From an uncultured cyanobacterium (GTDB taxonomy: Bacteria > Cyanobacteriota > Cyanobacteriia > Phormidesmidales > Phormidesmidaceae): DNA of 64,000 nucleotides. Under the pieces are notes generated by a model. It saw only the letters and a program-made list of their open reading frames with translations. It made no database searches and was not told where the DNA came from. Positions 51,366 to 60,967 of the stretch are shown here, one piece after another (position 1 is the stretch's first letter; each line of letters starts with the position of its first letter). The position numbers and the translations under genes were made by a program. The stretch covers positions 128,001 through 192,000 of the forward strand of contig CAWBZI010000002.1 of assembly GCA_963793265.1 (NCBI GenBank), given 5' to 3'.

Positions 51366-53158
51366 GCTAAACAATCTTCAATTTTGCCTAGCAAACGCGG
51401 TAGGTCAACGGGTTTGGTGTCGTAGTCATCACAGCCTGCGGCCAGGGCTCTATCGCGATCGCCTGCCAGCGCATGAACCGTCAGCGCAATCACAGGGATC
51501 TGGCGAGTCCGCGCATCGGCCTTAAGCTGCCCGGTTGCCTGCCATCCGTCCATCACTGGCAAACTGATGTCCATTAGAATAATCTGGGGCTGTTCTGAAA
51601 GGGCTTTTTCTACGCCTTCTACACCATCGCTAGCAACAATAACCTCGTAGCCCGCTCCCGTCAGGCGACGAGCGAGCATATCAGAATTTAGCGTATTGTC
51701 TTCTACGAGCAATATTTTTGGTGAGAGCGCCGCCTGTTGCGGCCAGTTCTGATTGTTGCGTTGATTGTTGCCACTAGCTTCACTTCGGCGCGCGGCGCGC
51801 TGCCGTATTAAAGCCTTATGCTGCTGCCTTAGCTGTTTATGCTCTACATGCTGAGCGACCTTGGTTCTGAGCATCACTGACTGATACGGACGCATCAGAT
51901 AGTCAGTCGCGCCCATGGCGATACTCCGCACGACCGCCGCCCACTCATCGGGCGCTGCCATCACCAAAATAGGGGTTTGCTGGCCGTTCTGATGTTGTTT
52001 AATCTGCGTTAACACGTCCTGCCCGCTGGCTTCTAACAGATTTATCTCCGATAGAATTAGGTCGTATGGCGTCATCGCGATCGCGTCTAATGCCACCTTT
52101 ACTGTCGTCGCCACCGTCACCTGAAACCCCTGCCGCTCAAGATGCCGAGACAGCAGCGCGCAGTTATAGGCATCGCTATCTATCACCAAAATCCAACTGT
52201 CTTCAGTATTAAGAAGCGACGCCTCTTCTGGCGCAATCCGCTGTAAATAGGGCCGAGCTACTACAGGATCTTGACTTTCGTCTAGCTGATCGGCCTCAGA
52301 GGCTTGAATGAATTTAATATGCCGTTCTACCAATCTATCCAGTCCATTTACCTTACTAAGCAAGTTCTGCGCTGACATATAAATTCGGTCTAAATCCGGC
52401 CTAAAATCCACAGGCGATTCTTCTAGCAATATCTCGCAGTAGCCAACAATCGTGCTGAGCGGCGTCAGCATCTCCCTACGGAGAATAGGGGCAAACAAAT
52501 TCGACTCCTGCTGTTGCACTTCAACCAATGCCGGATTTAAAACGGCATGGATCAATCGCTGTAGCTGCTCGCTAGAGGTCAGAATCTTCTGAATATCGTT
52601 GCACATAGTATCCGATGCATCCGAGTCCTGACTCTGACTCAGTGAATCTAGGAGCAGATCGCAGTAGCCAATAATACTGTAGAGGGGTGGATCAAAATCC
52701 TGGTGGCGCAGTCGGGTTCGCAGCAGCCGTTGGAGGTGCAGGTGGGAAGGCGTTTGTTGAGAAGATCCAGGCTTTGCGGCAGCAGGCGGCGCGGTGAGCG
52801 TTAGCAGCCGGGTCATTTTAGCGACAAGCTGCGGCAAATCAACGGGTTTGGTATCGTAGTCGTCGCAGCCTGCGGCGATTGCCTTCTCGCGTTCGCCTGC
52901 AATGGCGTCGGCAGTTAGCGCAATCACCGGAATCATCTGGGTTTGAGGATTGGCCTTAATCTGCTGGGTTGCCTGCCAGCCGTCTAAGATCGGCATATGC
53001 AAATCCATCAAGACTAGATCAGGTCGCTCTGATAGGGCTTTTTCAACAGCTTCGACGCCATCAGATGCGATCGCTACTTCATAGCCCTTTCGCTGCAACC
53101 GACGAGAAAGCATATCTCGATTGATCTCATTGTCTTCGACCAGCAGAATCTTGTGCAT
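51347..53158 (-). CDS. Multi-receiver protein: REC-(degenerate HisKA x2)-REC-REC, no ATPase domain
   Basis: DivK-like RECs at both ends; RHQDFDPPLYSIIGY and RREMLTPLSTIVGY H-box-like segments. Confidence 0.85.
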   Translation of the reverse strand: MHKILLVEDNEINRDMLSRRLQRKGYEVAIASDGVEAVEKALSERPDLVLMDLHMPILDGWQATQQIKANPQTQMIPVIALTADAIAGEREKAIAAGCDDYDTKPVDLPQLVAKMTRLLTLTAPPAAAKPGSSQQTPSHLHLQRLLRTRLRHQDFDPPLYSIIGYCDLLLDSLSQSQDSDASDTMCNDIQKILTSSEQLQRLIHAVLNPALVEVQQQESNLFAPILRREMLTPLSTIVGYCEILLEESPVDFRPDLDRIYMSAQNLLSKVNGLDRLVERHIKFIQASEADQLDESQDPVVARPYLQRIAPEEASLLNTEDSWILVIDSDAYNCALLSRHLERQGFQVTVATTVKVALDAIAMTPYDLILSEINLLEASGQDVLTQIKQHQNGQQTPILVMAAPDEWAAVVRSIAMGATDYLMRPYQSVMLRTKVAQHVEHKQLRQQHKALIRQRAARRSEASGNNQRNNQNWPQQAALSPKILLVEDNTLNSDMLARRLTGAGYEVIVASDGVEGVEKALSEQPQIILMDISLPVMDGWQATGQLKADARTRQIPVIALTVHALAGDRDRALAAGCDDYDTKPVDLPRLLGKIEDCLARLVTR

Positions 53159-53161
53159 CGT

Positions 53162-53340
53162 TTAAGCGCCTCCTTTAGGCAACTTCGATGATTCTACGTC
53201 TTCACGCTGAGGCGCTGCGAGTAAATAATCAATCTCATCAATCAAAATCACCGGCAGCGATCGCCACTGTGGATGCTGGCGTAGCTCGCGAATAAATTCA
53301 AAGCCGTCCATGTCTGGCATCATTAAATCAAACAAAATAA
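53162..53340 (-). pseudogene. Receiver-domain fragment
   Basis: ILFDLMMPDMDGFEFIRELRQHPQWRSLPVILI lacking both N- and C-terminal REC parts. Confidence 0.6.
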
Positions 53341-53382
53341 AGCTTCCGTAGACTATAGAACTCAACTCTGAACACAAACATC

Positions 53383-53418
53383 TAACCAATGTCATGAATA
53401 GGAGCGTGACATTTGTCA
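53383..53418. promoter_or_regulatory. Paired operator-like palindrome
   Basis: TAACCAATGTCA-N12-TGACATTTGTCA in divergent intergenic region. Confidence 0.65.
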
Positions 53419-53575
53419 TATTGCCTTTCTCGCTCAATCGCGCTTCCCCTTTCTTGGCTATCTAAATAGAAAATGCCTAACGCTAAACGGATACTCTGTT
53501 TGTAAAAAATGCATAATAACAGCCCCATATTCTTGAGAAGTTGATGTATGGAAAATACGTTTAAGAGACTTCGTA

Positions 53576-54808
53576 ATGGGACTTTTACAATCTGCCCTCC
53601 AACAGCAAACCGCGAGATTGATATATCGTCGCGGCATTGGCTACGAGCAGCGGCAGCTTCACAAGCAGGCGATCGCATCCTTCACTCAAGCGATCGCAAA
53701 AGGATACACACCAACTGCCAAAGCCCTCATTCACCGCGGCATCAGCCGACTGAATACGCAGAATACAGCAGGCGCGATCGCTGACTTTGACGCAGTTATT
53801 CAAACAGCTATCCAACAAAATGACGCGTCCTCATATCTCGCAGCGCAAGCCCTGTTCTTCAAAGGTAAAATCTACAGACAAAAAGGAGACAACAAAGCCG
53901 CCTGGATTAGCTGGGCCGCAGCTATCGACTATTGTCCTACCTACGCGCAGCCCTACTATCACAGAGCTTTATTTTTGATTGAACAAGACAGGCCCAATAA
54001 AGCTTTGTCTGATTTAGATGCGGCCATAGAAATAGACCCTTCTATGGCGATCGCCTATCTTCAGCGCGGAAACTTGCGCTATCAAACCGGCAATATCGAG
54101 GGGGCGATTTTCGACTGGCAACATGCTCTGTGCAATGACTTCACCCTTAAGAGCGCCAAACAAGCGCTAGCAAAGCTTCAGCACGATACCTATCAAGATC
54201 AGCTTAGCCAGGTTCTAGTAGCGCCCTTGGCAGAAAAAGAGCTAAGCGTAAAAGTTCGCTACCAAAGCGATCGCAGCCAAGATAGCAGCCAAAGCAACTG
54301 CCTCAATATCTACGTGCACAGAGAAACCGGCAAAGGCGTTAACTACTACACGCTGCCCGATCTTATTCGTCAGCATTTAGTGCCACTACAGCTAGATAGC
54401 ATTAGTCGCTTTCGGCTCATTGGCACAGTTGGCAACGCAACTGGGCCCGACTGGGATAAATCTTACGACCTCTATAAAAATCAGCCCTGTCCGCCTAGCA
54501 ACTGGCAGGCCGCTATCTTCGCAACCCTGCTGTTTCCACCCCTGGCGGTTCCTGCTTTCATTCAAGCTGCGAGCGTAAAACGTACCTATGCAAAAGGTAA
54601 ATATATTAACGCGCTCAACGCCTCTAAACTGGTCGGCATTTTTAGCGCTGCCAGCAGTATTCCATTTTGCTTTTTCGTATTTTTGATGGTCATCTGCGCC
54701 AGCTACGACGAAACAGGAATCAAGTTCAGCGATCGGCCCGCTGTAAGAATTGTAAGCTGTTCAAAGGATTCGTACTCACTCTGCATAAAAACGACGCCTG
54801 GCCTTTGA
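53576..54808 (+). CDS. TPR protein with C-terminal CD225/dispanin-like membrane domain
   Basis: TPR repeats; PPSNWQAAIFATLLFPPLAVPAFIQAASV...Y..G.Y..A..AS fits the CD225 pattern. Confidence 0.72.
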   Translation: MGLLQSALQQQTARLIYRRGIGYEQRQLHKQAIASFTQAIAKGYTPTAKALIHRGISRLNTQNTAGAIADFDAVIQTAIQQNDASSYLAAQALFFKGKIYRQKGDNKAAWISWAAAIDYCPTYAQPYYHRALFLIEQDRPNKALSDLDAAIEIDPSMAIAYLQRGNLRYQTGNIEGAIFDWQHALCNDFTLKSAKQALAKLQHDTYQDQLSQVLVAPLAEKELSVKVRYQSDRSQDSSQSNCLNIYVHRETGKGVNYYTLPDLIRQHLVPLQLDSISRFRLIGTVGNATGPDWDKSYDLYKNQPCPPSNWQAAIFATLLFPPLAVPAFIQAASVKRTYAKGKYINALNASKLVGIFSAASSIPFCFFVFLMVICASYDETGIKFSDRPAVRIVSCSKDSYSLCIKTTPGL

Positions 54809-54909
54809 GAGCACTGTAGAGGTTGCTGTGAGCGAACCTTAATGCTTAAAAAATAGTCAAAAGCTGGATAGCTAAAAAAACTTGATAGCCGAAAACTTGC
54901 CTAGAACCG

Positions 54910-55587
54910 ATGAACCTATCTGCCGAACGTTTAGAACAAACCCAGCTAGACGCTCACCTGCGGCAGCTAGCCATCACCGCCCAAAGGCAACCCAAGGGAA
55001 GCCTGGCCAGGCAGCGCGCGCTAACTGAGCTAATTAGCACAATGTTGCGATCGCACAAGCTATGCCGTCCTCGTCGGGGTCAGTTCAGGCTTTTGTACGA
55101 AGAAATCTACGCAGAAGCGCTCCAACGGCTGTTTTCGTTTGTGTGCGATCGCATTGACGACTACAGCGAGCAAAAGGGCGAGGTTCTGCAGTGGGTCAAC
55201 TTCTTACTCAGCCGACGTTTTTTTATCGAAGCCAGCCGAGACTATCTGCCGGTTGTGTACAAAGGAATGGATGCTAGAAGCGTTAAGCGACTGACGCTAG
55301 AGCATTTAGACCAAAGCAACCCTAGCGAGCTAAACCCCCAGCTCACCCCGTCACTCTCTCAAGAAGTGAAAGCCTGCTTGGAAGAAGACCCAGAGAGCCT
55401 ATTCAAAGCGGCCTGCGTTGCCGACGCTCCCGCCGCTAATTTTCAGTACATTGCACTGAAGCGGCTAGAAGGCTATTCCTGGCAAGATCTCTCTACTGAA
55501 CTCAATATCTCGGTGCCAACCTTGAGCAGCTTCTATCGCCGAGCGCTGGCCCGGTTTGCACCTAAATTAAGAACCTATCTATCTTAA
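54910..55587 (+). CDS. Cyanobacterial ECF/sigma-70-like factor
   Basis: YAEALQ......IDDY......WVNF (region 2-like); EGYSWQDLSTELNISVPTLSSFY (region 4 HTH). Confidence 0.75.
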   Translation: MNLSAERLEQTQLDAHLRQLAITAQRQPKGSLARQRALTELISTMLRSHKLCRPRRGQFRLLYEEIYAEALQRLFSFVCDRIDDYSEQKGEVLQWVNFLLSRRFFIEASRDYLPVVYKGMDARSVKRLTLEHLDQSNPSELNPQLTPSLSQEVKACLEEDPESLFKAACVADAPAANFQYIALKRLEGYSWQDLSTELNISVPTLSSFYRRALARFAPKLRTYLS

Positions 55588-55650
55588 GTTTTTATCCTAG
55601 CTTTTATCCGCTCACCTTCCGACTTAATTTCAATCGCTAGAGCACCTGAA

Positions 55651-56655
55651 ATGACCTATTCTACCAAGCAATCGTTAACGCTGACTGTTCCCCTCACCCT
55701 AGCAAGTCACCACAAGGCGCAGCTATTCTATCAGCGCCATGCCAACCCGCACAAAGCAAAGCAAATCTATCTCAACACGCTGGCAGTCACGGCTGTTCAC
55801 ACCTACTTAAGCTGGCTTGGCATCGAGAGCGATTTGCAATCGAGCGACAGTTGGAACCCGGTAATGCAAACGCTCGCAGACACTGCCGATTTAGAAGTTT
55901 TGGGGCAAGGTAGGGTGGAGTGTCGCCCTGTATTGCCCAAGGCCACAGCCTGCTATATTCCCGCTGAAGCTAGCGCACATCGCATTGGCTATCTGCCCGT
56001 TCTTTTAGATGCAGACTTGCAAAAGGCGACGCTGCTCGGCTTTATTCCTGGCACAGAGGTTAGCGCCGAAACCCCAGAAGTGCCGCTGACAAGATTGCAG
56101 CCCATGACCTCCCTTTTTGACATGCTTTTTGATCCGCTCAAACCGCCTTCTGATCTGGCTAGCAAACGCGTTTGCCTGAGGCGGTGGCTCGCAGGAACCA
56201 TTATAGATGGCTGGCAGTCTGTAGAAGCATTGCTGGGGCCGCAGCCCGACTTTAGCTTTAGAAGCTTGGAGCTATCTAATCCAAATGATATTGATGGAAG
56301 CGACACTGCTAAAGCTGCTGTACGCGGTAAGCTGCTCGAACTATCGCGGCCCGCTACAAACAACCTTCAGACAGAGCAGCCTCAGCCGGGCCGGGTTGCG
56401 CTGGTTGTAAATATTGCGCCGACTGATGCGCTGCAATCGAATATTTGGATTAAGCTTTGTCCGGTTGGGGGCGATCGCTATCTTCCAGAAGCGTTAGAAA
56501 TTAGAATTCTTGACGATCAGCAGGCGGTGGTAATGGAGGCACAATCTAGACAAACAGACATGATACAGCTTCACTTTCGAGGCATGTTGAACGAACAGTT
56601 TGCCGTTGAGGTCGCGCTGAACGGTGTTAGTTTGGTAGAAAAGTTTGTCATCTAA
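55651..56655 (+). CDS. DUF1822 family protein
   Basis: KAKQIYLNTLAV.AV..YL, SDSWNP, ADL.V...GRVECRPV, RIGY..V, LLGF, L..WL....GW. Confidence 0.9.
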   Translation: MTYSTKQSLTLTVPLTLASHHKAQLFYQRHANPHKAKQIYLNTLAVTAVHTYLSWLGIESDLQSSDSWNPVMQTLADTADLEVLGQGRVECRPVLPKATACYIPAEASAHRIGYLPVLLDADLQKATLLGFIPGTEVSAETPEVPLTRLQPMTSLFDMLFDPLKPPSDLASKRVCLRRWLAGTIIDGWQSVEALLGPQPDFSFRSLELSNPNDIDGSDTAKAAVRGKLLELSRPATNNLQTEQPQPGRVALVVNIAPTDALQSNIWIKLCPVGGDRYLPEALEIRILDDQQAVVMEAQSRQTDMIQLHFRGMLNEQFAVEVALNGVSLVEKFVI

Positions 56656-56670
56656 GCAACGGGAAGCATC

Positions 56671-59232
56671 GTGACTGTTGGTGGAAAGGGTGGTGAAAAT
56701 GGGAAGCTCGTTATCCTTAAGTTTGACGGCGATCTTCATCAGGGATTCAGGGTTTCGCTAGAGATTGGTGATGAGGGCGATCGCCCTACCATTGAGCTAG
56801 CGGGCGCGCTACCGCCTAGCCCGGAGCTGGTGTCGCACCTGTGTCAGTGGCAGGAGCACTACCGTAGCTTAAGCGCTCACAGCCCAACTAATAGTAGAAT
56901 TCAGCCGCAGCAGATTATTTATGGGGGATCTGTCAACCGCCTGGAAGAATGCTGGCGATCTGCAACAGCGCTATATCAGCAAATGGCGGTGTGGCTAGAG
57001 TCTTCTTCCTTTCGCCGCCTCGATTTGCGATTGAGAGAAAGCTTGAGCCTGAGCGATCCGATTAGAGTCCTCATTCGCAGCGAAGATCCGCTATTGCAGC
57101 GGTTGCCCTGGCATCTGTGGGACTTTACAGAACGCTACGTCAAAACAGAGATCGCGCTGAGTGCCCCGGTTTCTGAGCGGATTGAAGTAGAAGCAACCGC
57201 TGCGCTCACTCACAGCGTCAAGATTTTAGCCATTTTAGGCAGCAGCGAAGATATTAATATTCAAGCCGACAGGCATTTCTTGGCGGCCTTGCCTGATGCC
57301 AAAGTCACTTTTTTAGTCGAACCTTCTAGAGAAGAGATTAACCAGCAGCTATGGCAGCAGTCTTGGGATATTTTGTTTTTTGCCGGACATAGCTCAACCG
57401 AAGGCGATCGCGGCTTAATCTACATCAACCCCACCGAAAGCCTAAACCTCGAGGAGTTGAAATACGGGTTAAAGCAGGCAATATCGAGAGGACTTCAGCT
57501 TGCTATTTTCAACTCTTGTGATGGCTTAGGACTCGCTCGGTCATTAGAGTATCTGCATCTGCCACAAATGATTGTGATGCGAGAGCCTGTACCCGATCGC
57601 ATTGCGCAGTCGTTTTTGAAGTCTTTTCTCAAAACATTTTCGAGTGGCAAATCTCTTTATCTCTCCGTACGCGAAGCCAGAGAACAGCTTCAGAGCTTAG
57701 AAGATCGGTTTCCCTGTGCCACCTGGCTTCCCGTCATCTGTCAGAACTCGGCTAGAATTCCGCCAACCTGGCAATCGCTGATCGAAGGGAGGCCGTCTGA
57801 TCGTTTGGGCCTTAGTAGTGCTAGCGATCGCAACGCTGGTACCGAAAACATCGCCCAGGGTTTGCCCGCAACAGCGAGCGCAGCCACAGCACAGCCATAC
57901 CGTCGCACTATGCAGCAGTATGCGCGGCGGTACGGGCCCTTACGGCATTTTTCCCATCAGATTCGTAGAGGATGGATTGTACTGCTTGTTAGCTTAGTCG
58001 TAACGCTGGGGCTGAGCAGTCCTTTTGCGCTCAGTCAGATGCAGCCTTTAGAAATCGGCATTTATGATCGCATGGTGCGGCTACGGCCCGATGAAAGGGC
58101 TGATTCTCGCTTGCTCGTCATTGGCGTGACCGATACCGATATTGAAATGCAAAAAGAGAATGAAGAGCTGTTGAAGCGGCAGTCGCTTTCAGAACAAACG
58201 TACGGACAAACCTTTGAAACCTCTCTCTCAGATCAGTCTCTCAACCGCCTGCTAGATAAGCTCGCGGAATATCAACCGCTGGTGATTGGCTTAGATCTAT
58301 ACCGTGACTTTGCTGCTGCATCTGACCAAAGCGCTCTATCCGATAAGCTACAGCAAAACAGCGAGCTAATCGCCGTCTGTAAAGCTGAGGACTTTGAGGA
58401 TCTTTCTATCTCTAGCATCGATCCGCCGCCAGAAGTTCCGCTGAACCGCGTCGGTTTTAGTGACTTTAGAGAAGATAGTGACGGTATTTTGAGGCGACAT
58501 CTCTTAGGTATGCTGCCGCTGGTGAGAACTGAAGCCTCACGTTGCAATACCGACTGGTCTTTTAGTCTACAAGTTGCGTCTCGATATTTGCAGCAGCAGC
58601 AGATAGCCACTGAGTTTCAAGACTCGGGAGACTTGCGGCTAGGGCGTCAAACTGTAGATGTTTTGCGATCTGGCTCTGGCGGCTATCCACCTGATGCCGG
58701 GGGCAGTGAGATTATGCTTAACTATCGCGCCACGCCAGAAATCGCGCCGACGGTAACGCTTCAACAGTTCTTAAACCAACAGACGAATCCTAACTATCTT
58801 GCAGGCAAAATCGTGCTGATTGGCGTGATTGCAGAAGGCGAAGAAGATCACTGGCTGACGCCGACCTGTCCTTCTACAAAAATGCCGGGTGTGATCGTGC
58901 AGGCGCACATGATTAGTCAACTGCTGAGCGCTGCCTTAGACAATCGCCCGCTTTTGAAACCACTGTCGCGATCGCAGCAAATCGGCTGGGTGAGTACGTG
59001 GGCAATTGTCGGCGGATTTCTAGCGTTTTGGCAATGGCCCTCAAAGCGTAAGGCGTGGGCGATCGCTCGAATAATGCTGAGCCTGGTAGGTGCGATCGCC
59101 CTCCTCTACGGGCTGAGCTTCCTTGGCTTGCTCAGGGGCCACTGGCTACCCTTCGTTTCACTGGCGCTGGCTTTGGTTTCATCTAGCATACTTGTGACCA
59201 TCTATTTGTTCGCTAGTCCTCAGAAGCAGTAG
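56671..59232 (+). CDS. CHAT-TM-CHASE2 sensor protease
   Basis: FFAGHS/FNSCDG; D.RLLVI, IGLDLYRD, VGFSD...D.DG..RR, GKIVLIG, PGV..QA; three C-terminal TM helices. Confidence 0.92.
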   Translation: MTVGGKGGENGKLVILKFDGDLHQGFRVSLEIGDEGDRPTIELAGALPPSPELVSHLCQWQEHYRSLSAHSPTNSRIQPQQIIYGGSVNRLEECWRSATALYQQMAVWLESSSFRRLDLRLRESLSLSDPIRVLIRSEDPLLQRLPWHLWDFTERYVKTEIALSAPVSERIEVEATAALTHSVKILAILGSSEDINIQADRHFLAALPDAKVTFLVEPSREEINQQLWQQSWDILFFAGHSSTEGDRGLIYINPTESLNLEELKYGLKQAISRGLQLAIFNSCDGLGLARSLEYLHLPQMIVMREPVPDRIAQSFLKSFLKTFSSGKSLYLSVREAREQLQSLEDRFPCATWLPVICQNSARIPPTWQSLIEGRPSDRLGLSSASDRNAGTENIAQGLPATASAATAQPYRRTMQQYARRYGPLRHFSHQIRRGWIVLLVSLVVTLGLSSPFALSQMQPLEIGIYDRMVRLRPDERADSRLLVIGVTDTDIEMQKENEELLKRQSLSEQTYGQTFETSLSDQSLNRLLDKLAEYQPLVIGLDLYRDFAAASDQSALSDKLQQNSELIAVCKAEDFEDLSISSIDPPPEVPLNRVGFSDFREDSDGILRRHLLGMLPLVRTEASRCNTDWSFSLQVASRYLQQQQIATEFQDSGDLRLGRQTVDVLRSGSGGYPPDAGGSEIMLNYRATPEIAPTVTLQQFLNQQTNPNYLAGKIVLIGVIAEGEEDHWLTPTCPSTKMPGVIVQAHMISQLLSAALDNRPLLKPLSRSQQIGWVSTWAIVGGFLAFWQWPSKRKAWAIARIMLSLVGAIALLYGLSFLGLLRGHWLPFVSLALALVSSSILVTIYLFASPQKQ

Positions 59233-59279
59233 GTTATATCTTGGTATAATTACGCACAAAGCCGCCCAAGAATAACTAG

Positions 59280-60035
59280 ATGAAAGCTTCCGCTCGACGC
59301 TTCAAACAACTTCCTAAGCGCTTCCTGGCGATCGCAGGTGCTATTACACTAGGGGCGACTGCAATCACCCTGACCACGCCCCCGGCAGAAGCTAGCCTGA
59401 GTCTATTGTCTGCCACCAAAAGCAAGCTAGCCAGAGGCAGAGTTCCTGGCCGCAGACGCGGTGGAGCCCGGCGCGGATCTTGTTCCAATACGCAAACGCC
59501 CTTGGTCGCAATCGTTGCTGCCACCGAGGTTGACACTGAAACGCTGCCTGAAACCTATGTAGGTGGAATAACTGCTGCCGAGTATCCTACCTTTTGGTTT
59601 GATGTGCCCTACTCACTTACGAATGAGCTAACCGCCGAGTTCGTTTTGCAAGATGACCTTGGCCAGGATGTGTACCGGGCTACTTCTGCTGAGTTTGCGA
59701 CGGCTGGGCAAACGCCTGGTGTGATGGGCATTGCGCTCCCGCCTGAGCTGGCACCGCTAGAAATTGGCAAAGTCTATCAGTGGTATTTCAAAGTTAACTG
59801 TGGTTCAGAAACGCCGCCTTATGTGCAAGGTGGAATTGAGAGAGTTGCGATCGCGCCTCGTCTGGCCAATCAGCTACGGGCGGCTACACCGTTAGAGCAA
59901 GCCGCGCTCTTTCAAGAAAATGAGCTTTGGTACGATGCGGTGACAATCCTCGCACCGCGCCATCGCGCCGAGCCTGATAATTCAACTATCCAGGCTATTT
60001 GGAACGATCTGTTGCAATCTTTAGATCTGCAATAG
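59280..60035 (+). CDS. DUF928 family secreted protein
   Basis: Signal peptide; PGRRRGGARRG.C, PTFWF.VPY, L..GK.Y.W, LWYDA. Confidence 0.9.
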   Translation: MKASARRFKQLPKRFLAIAGAITLGATAITLTTPPAEASLSLLSATKSKLARGRVPGRRRGGARRGSCSNTQTPLVAIVAATEVDTETLPETYVGGITAAEYPTFWFDVPYSLTNELTAEFVLQDDLGQDVYRATSAEFATAGQTPGVMGIALPPELAPLEIGKVYQWYFKVNCGSETPPYVQGGIERVAIAPRLANQLRAATPLEQAALFQENELWYDAVTILAPRHRAEPDNSTIQAIWNDLLQSLDLQ

Positions 60036-60316
60036 GCTAACTTCTCGCCTTTGTAGGCAACCGTCTCATATGTTAAGAAACGCCCATTGTCGCCTGCTAC
60101 TGCATAAATAACCCCTTAGAACTCAGAGATAGTCTTGGTTTAGCAATGACTTCTACCGTCTAAAAGCTATGAACTTTCCTTTGATAGACTATCTCGATCA
60201 ACTGTTCTTTAATACAGGCAATCCTCTTGTCTTAAGCCCAAAACGATACTGGCGTACTTATCGCGTTCGACATCTCAACCTATGTCTCAAAAAACAGCAA
60301 GACGTTTGTATATCCC

Positions 60317-60346
60317 GTAGGTTGGGTTAAGTCCCCGAAACCCAAC
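60317..60346 (+). repeat. REP element (GTAG type)
   Basis: GTAG-GTTGGGTT...AACCCAAC hairpin. Confidence 0.85.
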
Positions 60347-60402
60347 AATCTCAACTCAAAATTCATACATGACGTGTTGTTATTTCTCTTTATCTTTTGG
60401 GC

Positions 60403-60491
60403 GTTGGGTTTCACGTGCGTTTAACCCAACCTACGGTGGATGCTGGGATATGGTCGGGTGTTGGGTTTCACGTGCGTTTAACCCAACCTAC
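60403..60491 (-). repeat. Two tandem REP elements (57-bp spacing)
   Basis: GTTGGGTTTCACGTGCGTTTAACCCAACCTAC at 60403 and 60460. Confidence 0.85.
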
Positions 60492-60828
60492 GGTGGATGC
60501 TGGAATATGGCCAGTCGTGGGGAGATTTGACGAATCCGTGATTGACGGGGTTGTTGTGGATGTATTTGACGTGATTTACGAAATCGCGCTCATCGCGAAT
60601 CTGATGCTCCCAAAAACGTCGCTGCCAAATAGCCTGCTCTTTTTTCTTAAGACGAGCTGACGATTGGTGATGCTTATACGCCGTTGGGCAACGACGACTA
60701 AAGTTAGATTTGATCAGCCGCCAGCGGGTCGAGAAATCAGCATCTCCATTGGGCAATGTCCAGATGCAGTGAAGATGATCGGGCAGTAGAACGATGGCGT
60801 CGATGTCAAACGGATGGCGCTGCTTGAC
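60478..60828 (-). mobile_element. 5'-truncated REP-associated tyrosine transposase (RAYT/TnpA-REP) pseudogene
   Basis: PFDIDAIVLLPDHLHCIW (HuH), IWQRRFWEH.IRD, YIHNNPV, W.YSS; N-terminus replaced by REP sequence. Confidence 0.88.
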
Positions 60829-60829
60829 A

Positions 60830-60887
60830 GTTGGGTTTCGGGGGCTAACTGGGGGTGGTTGGGTTTCGGGGGCTCAACCCAACCTAC
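60830..60887 (-). repeat. REP elements (partial + complete)
   Basis: GTTGGGTTTCGGGGGCT twice, the second ending CAACCCAACCTAC. Confidence 0.8.
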
Positions 60888-60967
60888 ACGTATTTACTTT
60901 TTTTAATGGTTCAAAAGCTAGCTGGGAAATCTATGGGTGAACCAAGCTAGCTGAGTGGGCAAAGACG

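Noticed and set aside
60397..60660. 87-aa ORF with internal repeat
   Set aside because: Translation of REP duplication and RAYT antisense strand
60317..60887. Palindromic repeats as a CRISPR array
   Set aside because: GTAG-REP structure, mixed orientation, flanking a RAYT
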